Source: Octopus vulgaris | Lineage: Eukaryota | Direction of reading: 5' to 3' | Assembly (NCBI GenBank): GCA_951406725.2 | Contig: OX597827.1 | Coordinates: forward strand, 30,814,001-30,878,000 | Length of the DNA stretch: 64,000 nucleotides | Part shown: piece by piece, positions 14,432-28,958 of the stretch | Layout: each line of letters starts with the position of its first letter | Position numbering within the stretch: position 1 is the first letter of the stretch | Made by a program: the position numbers and the translations under genes | The notes under the pieces: model-generated | Databases searched by the model: none | The model's input: the letters and a program-made list of their open reading frames with translations, nothing else | Told to the model about the DNA's origin: nothing

Positions 14432-15775
14432 TCTCTATTTATAAAACTGAAATGCGAAAAATTTGTTTGTTTGTTTGACTCGACCGCTTGGATCGCTTTC
14501 AAGGCCACTACATCCCGTCGGATTGACTCCAAAATTTACAGGGACATGTAAAATGAGGTGACAATGCCCGTGGGTGACGTTAGAAATCCCTATCTTAAAA
14601 GGTGTCATTGTTAGGGCCAAAAACCCACTTTGACAAGTCCACTCTCAGTCTTTTATGTATCTGTCTTCCTCACTCACTCACTCTATTTCCTCCCTTCCCA
14701 TCACTTTCTATAAATAACGTTGATTCGTCAAACGGCGTTCTACAGCGCTTTCACACTCTCTCTCTCTACACGTCTGTCTGCATTCATACAGACAATTATC
14801 ATCGCCATCACCACCACACAGGTTTGGGTGGCCGCACAGCTAGAGTTAGACAACGGTTAATAACATTCGATGTTGATAATGCCTGGATTGTTCCATTCAA
14901 CCCTTTGCTTTCCAAAACATTTAATGCACACATTAATGTTGAGTACTGCAGTTCGATGAGATGCATACAATACCTCTGCAAGTACATTAATAAGGGCGAT
15001 GATATGGCCGTGTTTGTGTTCAGTGATGAAGACCTTAGACATGACGAAATTAAACAATTCGTTTTGGGTAGGTATGTATCCTCCAATTATGCAGCGTAGC
15101 GCATTTTTTGATACGAGATTCATCTAAGCTCACCATCACTTTTCCACCTGAATGTTCATTTTACAGAAGAGACAGCTGGTTTACTTCACAGAGAAAAATG
15201 CACATCAAGTCATTGAAAATCCAAAAGGGACTATGCTTACAGCGTTTTTTATATTGTGTTCAGTTGATGAGTTTGCTGCTACTCTCATTTACCTTGAAGT
15301 ACCGGAATATTACACATACAACAACAATAATTGGAAGCGCAGGTCACATGGAACAGAACTTGACAATTGGCCCGGTGTTTCTAGGAAGAACGTCATTGGG
15401 CGTGTGTATAATATTCATCCTACCAAACAGGAAATCTTCTTTTTGAGAATGCTGCTTCATGTAGTTACTGGACCGAAGTCTTTTGCTGATCTTTGCACGG
15501 TTGATGGTATCATCTGTGCCACTTACAGGGAAGCATGTTTGAGGTACGGACTACTTCTCAATGATGACCACTTACACAGGACATTAGCAGAGGCCTCAAA
15601 ATGAAATTAATTTATATATGTGTGTGTGTGTGTGTATCTATATATAAATATGTATATATAATGTATATATACAAAGTGTATATATCTGTATTTATATATA
15701 TATATATATAATTTGTATACATTTATATATATACTACACTCTTACCCGCGCGTAGAGCGGGTCACCTTCAGCTAG
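14432..15775 (+). mobile_element. Internally deleted Helitron with RepHel remnant (about 14857-15604)
   Basis: A/TC start, CCCGC..GCGGG hairpin then CTAG/T; Rep motif VPFNPLL..HINVEYC..YLCKYINKG and LRMLLHVVTGPKSFADL; stops and frameshift. Confidence 0.9.
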
Positions 15776-15926
15776 TATATATATATATATATATGTAATT
15801 AAATGATAAGGGCAGAAATTGATATTAATCAATTAAAACCAGTGGCTTAGCATATTTAAAAAATCCGAAGATTAAAAATACTGTTACATACAAAATTAAG
15901 AGGAATGACCACCAAAGTGGACACCC

Positions 15927-15990
<64 letters not shown>

Positions 15991-16453
15991 GGCAGGCTTC
16001 TTTCAGCTTCTGTCTACCAAATCCACTCCCAAGGCTTTAATTGGCCCAAGGCTATAGTAGAAGCCAGTTACCCAAGGTGCCACACAGTGGGACAGAACCT
16101 AATGTATCCTTTTATTTTCTAATGTCTTTCATTTAAAAAAAAATGGTTATGAGGGAAATTTGACAGCTATTTCTGGCAGGCCAAACAACGATGTTGAGGC
16201 TGCCTTAGCAGTTATTCAACATGCTATTAAGAGTTGAACTAGGACATGTGTGTGCATGTGTATGTGTACTTAAGTGAGAATAATGGAAACAAATTCTATA
16301 ACTTCCTAATTTATGGTTGATCGGTTAGCACTGAGAAGAGCATCCTTCTGTAAAATATCTGATCTAAAAAAACGCATGCAAATGTCTGAATCTCTTAGAA
16401 AGAGTATAATCCCAAAATTTGTCTCTGAAATGGAAAATCCAAGTTATTATGTA

Positions 16454-16489
<36 letters not shown>

Positions 16490-16605
16490 TATATACATAT
16501 ACACATGTATGTATAGTAAATCCCCAAAACAGGAAGAACAAACACAAGAAAAAAAGCAACAACATGAGGGCGTGTAGCAGACGCTCAGGGAAGGAAAGAA
16601 AGGTA

Positions 16606-16640
16606 GTTTTATGTTTCAAGCAAAGCTCTTCATCAGAAAC
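16606..16640 (-). ncRNA. Minimal type I hammerhead ribozyme-like motif (decayed)
   Basis: GTTT CTGATGA A GAGC TTT GCTT GAAAC AT A AAAC: stem I, core, stem II, minimal stem III with one likely CpG mutation. Confidence 0.55.
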
Positions 16641-16675
16641 AGGAGACGGAGGAAAGTCCAAGAGAAAAAGAAGAC

Positions 16676-16710
<35 letters not shown>

Positions 16711-16724
16711 TATATATATAGAAG

Positions 16725-16930
16725 CAAAACCTAGGACTGAGAGGTCTCAAGGTAAACTTTAGCAAAAGTGAAGATTCTAGTAAGCAGGAAAGTAAACAGG
16801 ACCCTGGAATCTTCAGGGAAATGTCCTTGCGCAATGTGCAGAAAAAGAATAGGTATAAACTCCATACCCTGTATCCAGTGTAATCTGTGGACACACAAGA
16901 AATGTAGTGGAAACAAAAGTAGACTAGCAG
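16725..16930 (+). mobile_element. RTE fragment related to the 56.8-57.0 kb region
   Basis: KILVSRK..SGKCPCAMCRKRIGINSIPCIQCNLWTHKKCS parallels the Cys-rich segment of the RTE. Confidence 0.75.
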
Positions 16931-17854
16931 AATACACAAGACCCTACAACAGAGGCTGGCAACCTACAGACTATGGGCTGGTTCTTGCCCGTGAAGGGAT
17001 TTTGACCAGGCAATGAAAACTGATGTCCAATGAGTTGTTTATTTAAATTGTAATTTGGGCAGATGAAGCTTTTGAACACAATAAAATGCTTGCTGTTACG
17101 TTCTTGCACAAATCTTCTCATTCACTCTACCTTCACCACCAACTGGATGTGAATGCTTTGACAGCAAAAACACAATTAAAAATTTGTGGTGTATGCAGGG
17201 CTCCACACATCATTTCTGCTCACACAGCACAAAAACAATAATAATAATGATAATGATAATACAATTCCGAAACATTTCTAGCCAACAACTACCACCTCCC
17301 ATGTAAAAAATGAAACAAATAACTGAGAGCCCTCTTGAGCCTGTCGAGGGACATAAAAAGACTGCCGCAAAGAGACAATTGTCTCAGTTGGTGTAATGCC
17401 TTCACTCCATCAATGGCGACCCCACCTTCTGTGATTTGTGAAAGCAACAAGGGCTGACTCCTGCCACCCACCTTTGATAAGTTACACTCATTTTCTCGTG
17501 CTCAAATTCTCCATTGGGTTCTGTTATATTATTACACATCTCTTCTCCACTAAGAGACTTTTACTAATTCATTTCATTATTGTATTTTTCAAATAATACA
17601 TTTATTGTCATCGTTTAAAATTTCATTTGTTTCTTCTTGTCCTTGCCACCATACACTTATTTCTGCCTTTATCATCATTATCACCTACATTATACAAGTT
17701 ATGAACCATAACCAACTGGTATTATTAAAATTGTAATACGAGAGACAAGGCTTTCGAATATAATAAAAAGTCTGCCATTAAAAAAATGGAATTGTTCAGA
17801 TGTAAAATTTTAAATTTAAATTTAAATTTTATTTCTTAGAAAAAAATTACGATG

Positions 17855-19636
17855 GCCATGAATGCAAAACAAAGAAAGGTAGATGCTGAATGCTGAATTT
17901 TCCAAGAAACTTGGACATAAGATTACTTCTTCATTGAGCACAATGGGAACCCGATTTGTCTCATATGTCTAAAAAGCAATTGCTGTGAATAAGGTAACAA
18001 ATATTAGGTGACATTATGAGATGCACCACTGTGAAAATTTTAGGACATTTACTGGACAAGCAAGGAAAAATGAAGTTGAGTGGTTGAAATCTAGTTTTGG
18101 AAAACAAATGTTATTTTTTAAAAACAGAAAAGGTGAAAATGTGGCAAATACATTTACCAGCTATGAAGTCTCAAAATGCATCACTGAAAAGATGAAACCT
18201 TTTACAGATGGTGACTCTTTTTAAAGACTGCTTATTGGCAGTGTTGGATATTATTTGCCCAGAAAATAAGTTTTTATTTGAAACTATCAGCCTGTCTCTG
18301 AGGACAGTAACATGGTGGGTTGGAGAAATGTCAGCAGATGATAAAAATCAATTAATCAATGCCTGCAGTGAATTACAATATTTTTCAATTGTAGTCAATG
18401 AAAGTACAGATTTAAGTGACACTGTACAATTTGCTGTCTTTATGTGAGGAGTGGCTTCAACTTTTCAGATCTTTGTAGAATTTATTCAGTTAATTCCTGT
18501 GAAGGAAACCGTAACCAGACCAGACATCTTTGAAGCATTGTTCAAAATGATATCAGAAATGAAGTTTGATTTTTCGAAGCTAATTGGCATCACAACAGAT
18601 GGTGGCCCTGCAATGGTAGAACAAAAAAAAAGGGGGTGGGGTTGTTGCACTACTGCAAGAACATATAGAAAGCCTTGGAATCGCACATAAAATTCATTGC
18701 ATTATCCATCAAGAGACATTGTGTGCCAAGTCTTTGAAATTTGAGAATGTTATAGATATTGTTGTGAAGGCTGTGAATCCGATTCTGTCTCATGGATTAA
18801 ATCATTGTCAATTTAAACAGTTTTTGCTAGATGCTGAGGCAGAATATAGTGACTTTGCTTATTTCTGCAATGTATGCTGGCTTAGCCAAGAATCAATGCT
18901 AAAAAGAGTACTTGCCTTACACAAAGAGATGGTGATATTTCTCAATAGCAAAACATATGGATAGTTCACATTTTCAAGATCCTGATTGGCTTGCAACTTT
19001 GCCATTCATTGTGGATATTGTGACTCATTTAAATAACTTAAATTTACAACTTTAAGGTAAAACTCAGCTCGTAAATGAAATGTGTAACCTTTGAAAAGAA
19101 GCGACAGTTGTGGGAATATCCACTTCAAAATAAAAATTACAGGCATTTTCCATCATTTCAAGGAGGGAAACAACAGGATTCAGAGGTATTTGTGAATATA
19201 ATCCAGGATTTGAGAAATGAATTTGCATCACATTTTGCTGACTTTCATCTACATGCAAATCAGTTTAAATTGTTTGCTACACCATTTGATGTGGAGGTGG
19301 AGACAGTATCAGAATGTTTTCAAATGGAATTGATTGATGTGCAGTGTGACCAGTTATTGAGATCTAAATTCCATTCTAAAACTGTTTCATTGAATGACTG
19401 CTATGCAAAATATATTTTTCCAGATGAGAAGTATACCATGCAAAAAAATGGCATCTTTGTTTGGAAGCACTTATCAGTATGAGCAATTATTTTCCAAACT
19501 GAAGCAAACTAAGAACAATTTTAGAACAAGATTAACTGATAACCATCTTGAGAACATCTTGCTCTTGGCATCAACAAGTTTGAAGCCTAATATTGAGAAG
19601 CTTTCAAGGAACAAAAAACATCAAGTTTTCTATTAA
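17855..19636 (+). pseudogene. Decayed hAT transposase (GTF2IRD2/SPIN-like)
   Basis: Fragments NESTDLSD, TTDGGPAM, HCIIHQ, FGSTYQYEQLFS, RLTDNHLE with many stops and frameshifts; TIRs not evident. Confidence 0.85.
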
Positions 19637-21001
19637 TTTTTTGGCTGCTATGTAATTTTAAGATCTTTTAAACAAATGATTCCAACAATGTCTTAAATTG
19701 GATAAATGATATTTTTCCATTACAACATTCATCTGTGGTTAATACAAATTATTTTTAAGTATAGCCAACATTCGTGATTAAATTTTAGCTTGTGCAAATT
19801 TCCATAATTATTCTTTAATAGCCTTTGTCCACTCTGCTATCCATCATTAATACTGGATCTGGTCTGTGGAGGCAAAGGTGCCGACCCCTACCCTACAAGA
19901 ACCTGGTTGCCCCCACCAGTCTTCCCCCTCTCATTTCCTCCTCCCATGCTCTACACCCTCATCTCTTTGCATAAATGCTGCTCCCCACCCTCCCAGGGTT
20001 TCTTGCAGTCATGTGCACTGCATGGCAACTACAATTGTGCCAGTGGCATGAACAAAAGCACCCAGTATATACTGTAAAGTGACTGGCATTATAAAGGGCC
20101 TCAAACCATAGAAACCATGTCAAAGCAGCCACTGGAGCATGATGCAGTCCTTAGACCCCTTGGATTCTATCAAACAGTCCAGCTCATGCTAGCACGGATG
20201 ACAGATGCTAATTAAGGATGATTGATTGATTGATTGATACATGCATACATATATAACTGGAATAATATTTTGCCCCATTCCTATGTTATAGCCAAACTCC
20301 AAATGTATGCAATGTTGTTCTTGATTAAGTGTGTAACATTGGAATATAGGAGTTTAATGTGGCATAGATCCGGAGCACACATACTCATGGTAATGTGTCA
20401 TGCATTTAGAGCATATCAGAACTAACACATACACATATAAGTATATGTGTGTGTCTGAATGTCTACAAGTGTGAGAGTGTGTGTGTGTATGTTTGAATGT
20501 GTGTATATGCCTATATGTGTGTATGTGTATATACATATACATGTGTGTTTTTATATATATATATATATATATGTATGTATATATATATCTTATTAAGTCC
20601 AGATCTAAGTCTTCATGAAACAAAAATGTCAGTGGAACAAACAAAATGTGATTAAAATATTGGTTTTGTAAAGGAAATCACCACTCATATTCACTAAGAT
20701 GACATTGTCATGACGACTTTTTGGATTAGTTTAGCTATCTGTTTTGTTTATTTATTTATTTTTCGTTTCTCTTCTGTACATTTTATTTTATTTTTATTTC
20801 ATTTCTATTTGATTTTTTTTCTTAAAGCAATACTGAAGAGGCCTCTAGTACAAAATTAAATTCTGTTCAGCCATGCTGAAGATATTTATTCAGACAATGG
20901 AAATTTATTTTAGATTTCATCAATTCAGGAGATTTCCAGATGTCTGAATGTAGTTTTGGAGAAAAGGCTTTATGGAATTTTATGACTTCCTTAAAACCTA
21001 C

Positions 21002-21102
21002 AAGCATTGAGAAGCTAGCTGATTGTAGAATTGATTGATTAGTTGTTTTATAGCCAAGGCCATTCCGTCTTTTATTGCGACACATATTGTCCAAAGAATC
21101 AA
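21002..21102 (-). CDS. Candidate exon LILWTICVAIKDGMALAIKQLINQFYNQLASQC (signal-peptide-like when joined to MTDTVLT)
   Basis: caacag acceptor, gtaggt donor; phase 0 fits the 27.6 kb exon; no family recognised. Confidence 0.35.
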
Positions 21103-22096
21103 CTGTTGAGATTTGAAATGTGAAAATTAGATTAGACAAGACAAGCATCAATTTGAGAGGGAGACACACAAAAATAGGTCCACTAACTGGACACCAATTG
21201 TGCATCTAACATTTGTAATAGTGTAGGAAAAATAGCTGGAATAGTTTACAGTAATTAATTAAAAAAAAGAAAAAGAAAAGAAAAAATTTGCTCACAGTTA
21301 GGATTTGAACCCATGTATTTATGGGTTGTCATGTTACCTTCTACTAGGTTGTGTCTCTTTTCTGATTGAAATCGGTGCATATAATATCTATCAACATATT
21401 ATCCAAAGATATGAGAATTAAAATATACAGAAATGGTTTATAGAGGCTAGGTATTTACATTGAGCCAGTTGCTGACCACATGAAAAGACTCTCGCAAGCT
21501 TACATAGTGGAACTGGGTGTGATAAGAGAAGAGTAAAAGACACAAAGACAATAGGCTCCATAATTCAGAGCAGAGGTTCTCAACGAGTGTCCATATAATA
21601 TTTTGTTGTTAAAGTTTATGTGCAATAAATTGGACCTACATCTATAATACACAAAATATTTTAACAATTTTTTTGATTCAGTTCCTAATAATATTTAATT
21701 ATAAAAATATAATCAGAGGATTTTAAAGAAAGGCTATGGGGTTCCATTCGCATAAAATAAGAATCAACAGGGTCCATATGCAAAAAATAGTTAGGAATCA
21801 CTGATTTACAGTGAAGATTTAGGGTCTAACTATATTCTTTTGTGAGTCTTAGTCACTGGACTTCAGCCATGTTGATAGATCAGCATCATGTGTTTTGTTA
21901 GTTATATGGTAGCTACTGGTGTCATGCAAATAGCACCCATGCCAGTGGCACGTAAAACACCCATTACACTCTCAGAGTGGTTGGCATTAAGAAGGGCATC
22001 TAGCCATAGCAAGCATGCCAAAACAGACTTGAGTCTGGTGCAGCCTTCCAGATTGCCAGCCCTGGTGAAACCGTCCAACCCATGCCAGCATGGACA

Positions 22097-23278
22097 ACGA
22101 ATCGAATTGACGTGAGGGCGCTCAGTCATACAATAGTGTAATAAATAAAATATATGCATACATACATATATGTACGTACCTACATCTACATGTATATATA
22201 CATGCATATATAAATATATATACGTGAGTACAGGACACCACAAATAGACGTAGAACTCAACGAGAAACGAAAACATAAAAACAAGCATGGAACAGACCAT
22301 TTTTTTACAACGAAAAACAGAGTACAAGACAAACTACACAAGGAAAAATCCCCTTCATCAGCTGTCCCTAGTTCAACTCCAGCGTGTTTCGAAAGTGAGG
22401 ACAGAACACGACTCGTCGAACTAGCCCTTCCTGCGAAAGAATTAAATAAAATTACTTCGCAGAGGGGTAAAAACAAAGAAAGAAAAAAATGTAACACAAA
22501 CAGGATGTAAAAACGATACAAATAAAATTACAAAATAAAATACAAAATAAAATACAAAATGAAAATACAATTACAAAAAATACAATACGAGAAATAAAAA
22601 CAAACAAGAAAACAAATGAAAAGGGCCTTTTTTTGGCCTAGACGAGGAAGATTCTGGAGAGCGCAAGAAAAAACGTGTGTTTACAGTTAGGAGGCCGCAT
22701 GTAAAAAGAAGTAGTTGGCTGGCTGTGAGAGAGATGAGGAGGAGTGAGAGAGGTAGAGAGAGAGGGAGAGAGAGAGAGAGAGAGATAGAGGAAGACAAGC
22801 GGCTGAGAGGGAGATGAGGAGGAGTGAGAGAGAGAGAGATAGGGAAAGAAGGGAAGGTAAAGCAAAGAGGTATAGAGTTTCGCGTCATAATTATATATAA
22901 AAACAGTACTTGGAGAAGAAGAAACGAAATGAAACGAAACGAATCGAATCGACGTGAGGGCGCTCAGTCATACAATAGTGTAATAAATAAAATATATGCA
23001 TACATACATACATATATGTACGTACCTACATCTACATGTATATATACATGCATATATAAATATATATACGTTTCCTTGTGTAGTTTGTTTTGTACTCTGT
23101 TTTTCGTTGTAAAAAAATGATCTGTTCCATGCTTGTTTTTACGTTTTCGTTTCTCATTGAGTTCTACGTCTATTTGTGGCGTCCTGTACTCACGTATATA
23201 TATTTATATATGCATGTATATATACATGTAGATGTAGGTACGTACATATATGTATGTATGCATATATTTTATTTATTA

Positions 23279-23284
<6 letters not shown>
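22097..23284 (-). mobile_element. Non-coding repeat with direct and inverted terminal duplications (Penelope-like architecture)
   Basis: 22097-22225 repeated at 22940-23071; 22135-22346 inverted at 23072-23284; related to 44950-45850. Confidence 0.6.
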
Positions 23285-23318
<34 letters not shown>

Positions 23319-23733
23319 TTTATCTTTTACTTGTTTGAGTCATTTGACTGGGGCCATACTGGGTTTTAATCAAACAAACCAAGCCCAGCATTCAATTTTC
23401 TTAAGCCTAGTACTTATTCTATTGGTCTCTTTTGCAGAACTGCTAAGTTATGGGGACATAAACACACCAAGACTGATTGTCAAGCAGTGGTGAGGGACAA
23501 ACACAGGCACACACACACAGGCACATACACACACACAAACTCGACTGGCTTCTTTCAGTTTCCATCTACCAAATCCACTCACAAGACTTTTGTCGGCCCA
23601 AGGCTCTAGTAGCAGACACTTGCCCAAGGTGCCACAGTGGGACTGAACGTGGAACCATGTGGTTGGGAAGTAAGCTTCTTACCACACAGCCACACCTATG
23701 TAGACTTATATATAAGCATACACACGTAAATAG

Positions 23734-23812
<79 letters not shown>

Positions 23813-24582
23813 CATATATATATATATATATTTAAGGGGAAAAAATTTATGCTAGTAGAAATTCTTTTTCTGCAGGCATGACAAAGTTTGATCAATGGAT
23901 TAATTGATAAGAAACAAGGAAAAATTGCAATGTTCATTATTTTTCCCAGGGTCATAAGAAATGTGAGTGAAAGAAAAAAAAACTGACTTCAGTTGAGAAT
24001 TAAAATCAACATTGTAACCTTGGTTTGTCAAACTAATCATGAAGATGTTTAAAATGCAATAACATTTTTTTTTCAAAAATGTCATTAAAACTTAATAACT
24101 GTTATATCTTTATTCATTTATTTATTTAGTTCTGATTAAAATTAATTAAGAATTTATATTTGGCAAAATAACAACCTTTAAAATGACATTAACATTAGTT
24201 ATAATAAACTTGAGTCACTTTTTATTCTTTAATTTTTATGCATGTTATTCGGAGCACATCTTGAACATCATCGCAACACACGGACACACCCACACACTCA
24301 CACGCGTGCACACACACACACACATGCACACGACTTGTGTGTAACAATGCCATATCTAGACTACATGAAGTTGTTTGCAATGTTGATAATAACAGCTTGA
24401 GAAAATAAATAAATAAATAAATAAATGATAATAATAATAATAATAATAATAACAACAATAATGATGATGTTGATGATGATGATGATAATGATAATAATGA
24501 TAATGATAATAATAATGATATATGGTAAAATATAAGATAGGTGTTGAAACAAAATGCAGATGAAAAATAAAATGACAAAAAT

Positions 24583-24639
<57 letters not shown>

Positions 24640-25270
24640 TTAACAGAAGTCATCACAATGATCATCATCATTGGCATCAAGATCATCATTGTAATGATGG
24701 AGATTTCAATGTAAACTTTGTTTGCAATATGTCAGTAATATTTCTTATTTAATTAAATGCCAAATGCTTTGCTGTTACTGCTGCTGGCTATAGGTAGCAG
24801 CAATAATTGGTTGCTGATCTTGTTTGTGACATATACAAACAGTCCAAGAAAGAAAAGACCAAAAAAAAGAGAAAAAAGAGATGAAAATAAAATGAAAAAA
24901 GGCCAAAATAAAAAGAACAAAAACAAAATGACAAAACTGTGTGTGTGTGTGTGAAGCCACTCATTCCTTTTGTCCACTCTTACCTACTAGCAACTGTCAT
25001 TTGGGATGAAAAGAACAAAAAAATACAGAACAAAAAGATAACTGTTAAATTAGTGAAAGCTAGAAGCTTGTGTGTATGTGTGTGTGTAGGAGAGAGAGAG
25101 GGAGAGAGGGAGAGAGAGAGAGAGAGAATGGTTTAGGTTTGGTTGGTTCTTCAGTTAAAATATTACCACTATTGAATCTGTGAATCACTTTCTAGACAAG
25201 GAAGTTGTTTAAAGGATTAATAAAATACACACTCTCTCCCACACACATATGTACATATATGTGTGTGCGC

Positions 25271-25302
<32 letters not shown>

Positions 25303-25457
25303 GTTCATATGAAGACTGAGGGTTTCGAATGTCCTGTCCGTGTTTATTGTATCGTTTTCTTTGTATTTTTCTACATACCTTTACATATATATATATACAC
25401 ACACACACACACATACATATATATCAGTAGATATTTATGCATATGCATGTATGTATG

Positions 25458-25512
<55 letters not shown>

Positions 25513-25569
25513 ATGTATATGTATATGTATGTATATGTATATATATGTGCACATGTATGTGTATGTGCA

Positions 25570-25610
<41 letters not shown>

Positions 25611-27136
25611 GTACACACATGCACATATCACCATTTAATGTCCATGTTCCATGCTGACATGTGCTCATATATATATATACACACACACATATATACATAT
25701 ATATACATACATATATGTATATATATGTGTGTGTGTGTGTGTATATATTTGTGTGTGTGTGTGTATGTATATATGTGTGTGTGTGTGTGTAAGACAAAAA
25801 GGGATAAAGACACAGAAATGTAGAAGGGAATGAGAGCGAGAGGGAGTGAAAGAGAGAGAGAGAGAGAGATTTGAGTAGAGCTGTTTTTGTTGTTGTTAGT
25901 GGTGGTGGGTGTGTATTGGTAGGGGCAGGGGAACAGCAAAAAAAAAAAATTTCAAAACAGCAGCAGTTGTCAGTTCTTTAGGCAGATTGATGTACAAGCT
26001 TGGATGAATATCAGGTGACTATTGGATGGCTGTAGATCCGGTGGGTGCGATGGGATGGCAGGGCGAGGGATAAGAAATGGTGGTGGTGGTGGTGTTTGTG
26101 ATGCGGCAGCATTGGAAGAAGATGAGATGGATTTAGTGGACTTGACAGTAAATGTAGGCCATAGATATCAGGAGCAGAATACAGAACTCAAGAAGAAGGG
26201 GAGGGGGAAGGTAAAGAAAAAAGAATTTGGAGAAAAATAAATAAAATAAAAAAAAATTTTGAGAGCTAAATACAGATTGAAATACTTCATATCAGCCTCT
26301 AATTTCAGAGAATTAATTTTTAGTTAAGCTGAAGAGAGTTGAGCCAGCCAGCCAGCCGGCCAACCAGGCAGGCAAGCAAATACAATATACAAATAATCGA
26401 TATACCTCCTCTGTCTATAGAAGTTTAAGGGAGTGAAAGGAAGAGGAGCGAAATTTTTCAAACAGCATTTAAAAAAAAATTAAAAACTGCCTCTACCTTC
26501 TCCATCAAAACTGAAAGTGACCTGAATTATAAACTGCATCAATGTTTCTATTTTAAATAATTCAGAGGTAGGTCGTTAGAATGAAGTGTAAGAAAAAAAA
26601 GAAAAACAAAAACAAAGCAATAAAAAACCAAACTTGTATTGAAATCACAAAAACAATGGAAATTAGCGTCATGTATGACACTTTTAAATAAAGGTGGAGT
26701 GTGTGTGTGTGGCAAGAAGCTTGCTTCCCAACAACATGGTTCCAGGTTAGGTTCAGTCCCACTGCATGGCACCTTGGGCACGTGTCTTCTACTGTAGCTA
26801 CAGGGCGACCAAAGCCTTATGAGTGGATTTGGTAGACTACATAAACTACATAAAGCACATTGTGCATATGTATGTATGTATATATGTATGTATGCATGTA
26901 TGTATGTGTGTGTGTATGTATGTCTGTGTGTATGTATGTATATATATGTGTATGTATGTATGTGTGTGTGTGTATGTATGTAAATGCAACTGTATGTATG
27001 CCTGTATGTATGTATGTATGTATGTGTATGTGTGTATGTGAGCATGTATGTGTGTATGCATGTATGAGTGTGTGTGTATGTATGTTTATATGTGTGTATG
27101 CATGTATGTGTTTGTATGTGTATGCATGTATGTGTT

Positions 27137-27167
<31 letters not shown>

Positions 27168-27609
27168 GTGTATGCGTATGCATGTATGTCTGTATGTATG
27201 TGCATATATATGTATGTGTGTATGCATGTATGTGCATGTATGTGTATGCATGTATGTCTGTATGTATGTACGTATATATGTATGTGTGTATGCATGTATG
27301 TGCGTGTATGCATATGTATGTGTATGCATGTATGTAAGTATGTATGTGTGTGTGTATGTATGTGTGTGTGTATATGTGCATGTGTGCAAGTATGTATATC
27401 CTGGGTATCACACTAAACTGCATCCGGTGTTGAGACTCCAGTTTAGGAATTCCAGAGTTGTGGGAGGTATGGAGTCAGCCCTTAATTACCGTTACTCCCA
27501 GGTCCATTCTGACCCAGGAACAGTAATACCTGGGTTAAATAGATTGTTCCCTAAGGTAGAGGAAGCACCTGTAAATTTTCAACAAATCCATGGGGAGGGT
27601 AGCTCTTAC

Positions 27610-27685
27610 TGTCAAAACAGTATCGGTCATCTTGCAATGCTTGTCACTGGAACCTTCTATGGCAACCTGCACAAACTTTTGTCAC
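27610..27685 (-). other. Candidate exon containing ATG at 27630 (MTDTVLT)
   Basis: gatttag acceptor, gtaaga donor, ATG with A at -3. Confidence 0.4.
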
Positions 27686-28902
27686 CTAAATCAAATGACA
27701 CACAGACAGATAGATATCTCACCATAGTGAGTTAGCTGTTATTTGAAAACCCAAGGCAACCATCATACAGTTATGTATGTGTGTGTGTGTGTCTGACACA
27801 GTCATATGAGTTCATTGCAAATCTTCCATGGAAACATGTCTGGTCATGGGGGAAATATTACCTTGCTTGGAAACAAGTGAACATCTGGCCATAGAAAGCA
27901 TGGAAAAGTGGGCATGAAAACAATGATGATAATGATGATGATGATGATGATGAAGATGGTGGTGTTGATGATGATGATGGTGGTAATGGTGGTGATGGTG
28001 ATGATGATGATGATGATGAACTAAATTGTAGACCCATTAAACTAAATAATGTTTAAAACTTTAAATATTATCTGTTTTTATATAAATTATATATAATGTT
28101 CAAATTTTTCAGAAATATTTTTTTTATAAATCCCATATAGATAAAATTATTTCTGAAATGCACTATTTAAAAATTTCAATCTAAATAAATATTACATAAA
28201 AGCTCAATTACTTGTAGGAAAAAAAGGGCTATTTAAAAAAACATGTTTTACTCTATTATTTATGTTTGAAAATAATGTTGTTGCTTTTATGGAATTATTT
28301 TTCAAGAAAAAAAACATTTATAGGTGCAACCATGGCTGTGTGGCAGAAGTTTGCTTCCCAACCACATGGTTCCAGGTTCAGTTCTGTTGCATGGCACTTC
28401 GGATAAGTCTTCTAATGTATCCCTGGGCCAACCAATACCTTGTGATTAAATTTGGTAAATGGAAACTGTGTGGAAGCCTGTTATATATGTGTGTTTGTGT
28501 GTGTGTGCTTGCTTTGCCACCACCATCACTTGACAATTAGTGTTGGTTTGTTTACATCCTTGTAACTTAGTGGTTTTGCAAAAGAGACTGATAGAATAAA
28601 AACTAGGGTTGATTTGTTCAGCTAAATCCATCAAAGTAGTGCTCCAGCATGGCCACAGTACAATGCCTAGAACAAATGAAAGACTATGACACCTCAATTC
28701 ATAGATCTTCAGTCTCTGGTACCCATCAGAGAGAGTATGGATACAGGAGTGACTGTCTGGTAAAAAGTTTGCTGCCTAACCGCATGGTTCCAGGTTCAGT
28801 CCCACTGCGTGGCGAGTGTCTTCTACTATAACCTTGGGCTGACCAAAGCCTTGTGAGTTGATTTGACTGACAAAAACTGAAAGAAGCCCATCACACACAC
28901 AT

Positions 28903-28955
<53 letters not shown>

Positions 28956-28958
<3 letters not shown>

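Noticed and set aside
26548-27735. Long His/Thr/Tyr or Cys/Val/Met-rich ORFs, and many similar ones across the window
   Set aside because: Translations of (CA)n, (TA)n and (TATG)n microsatellites
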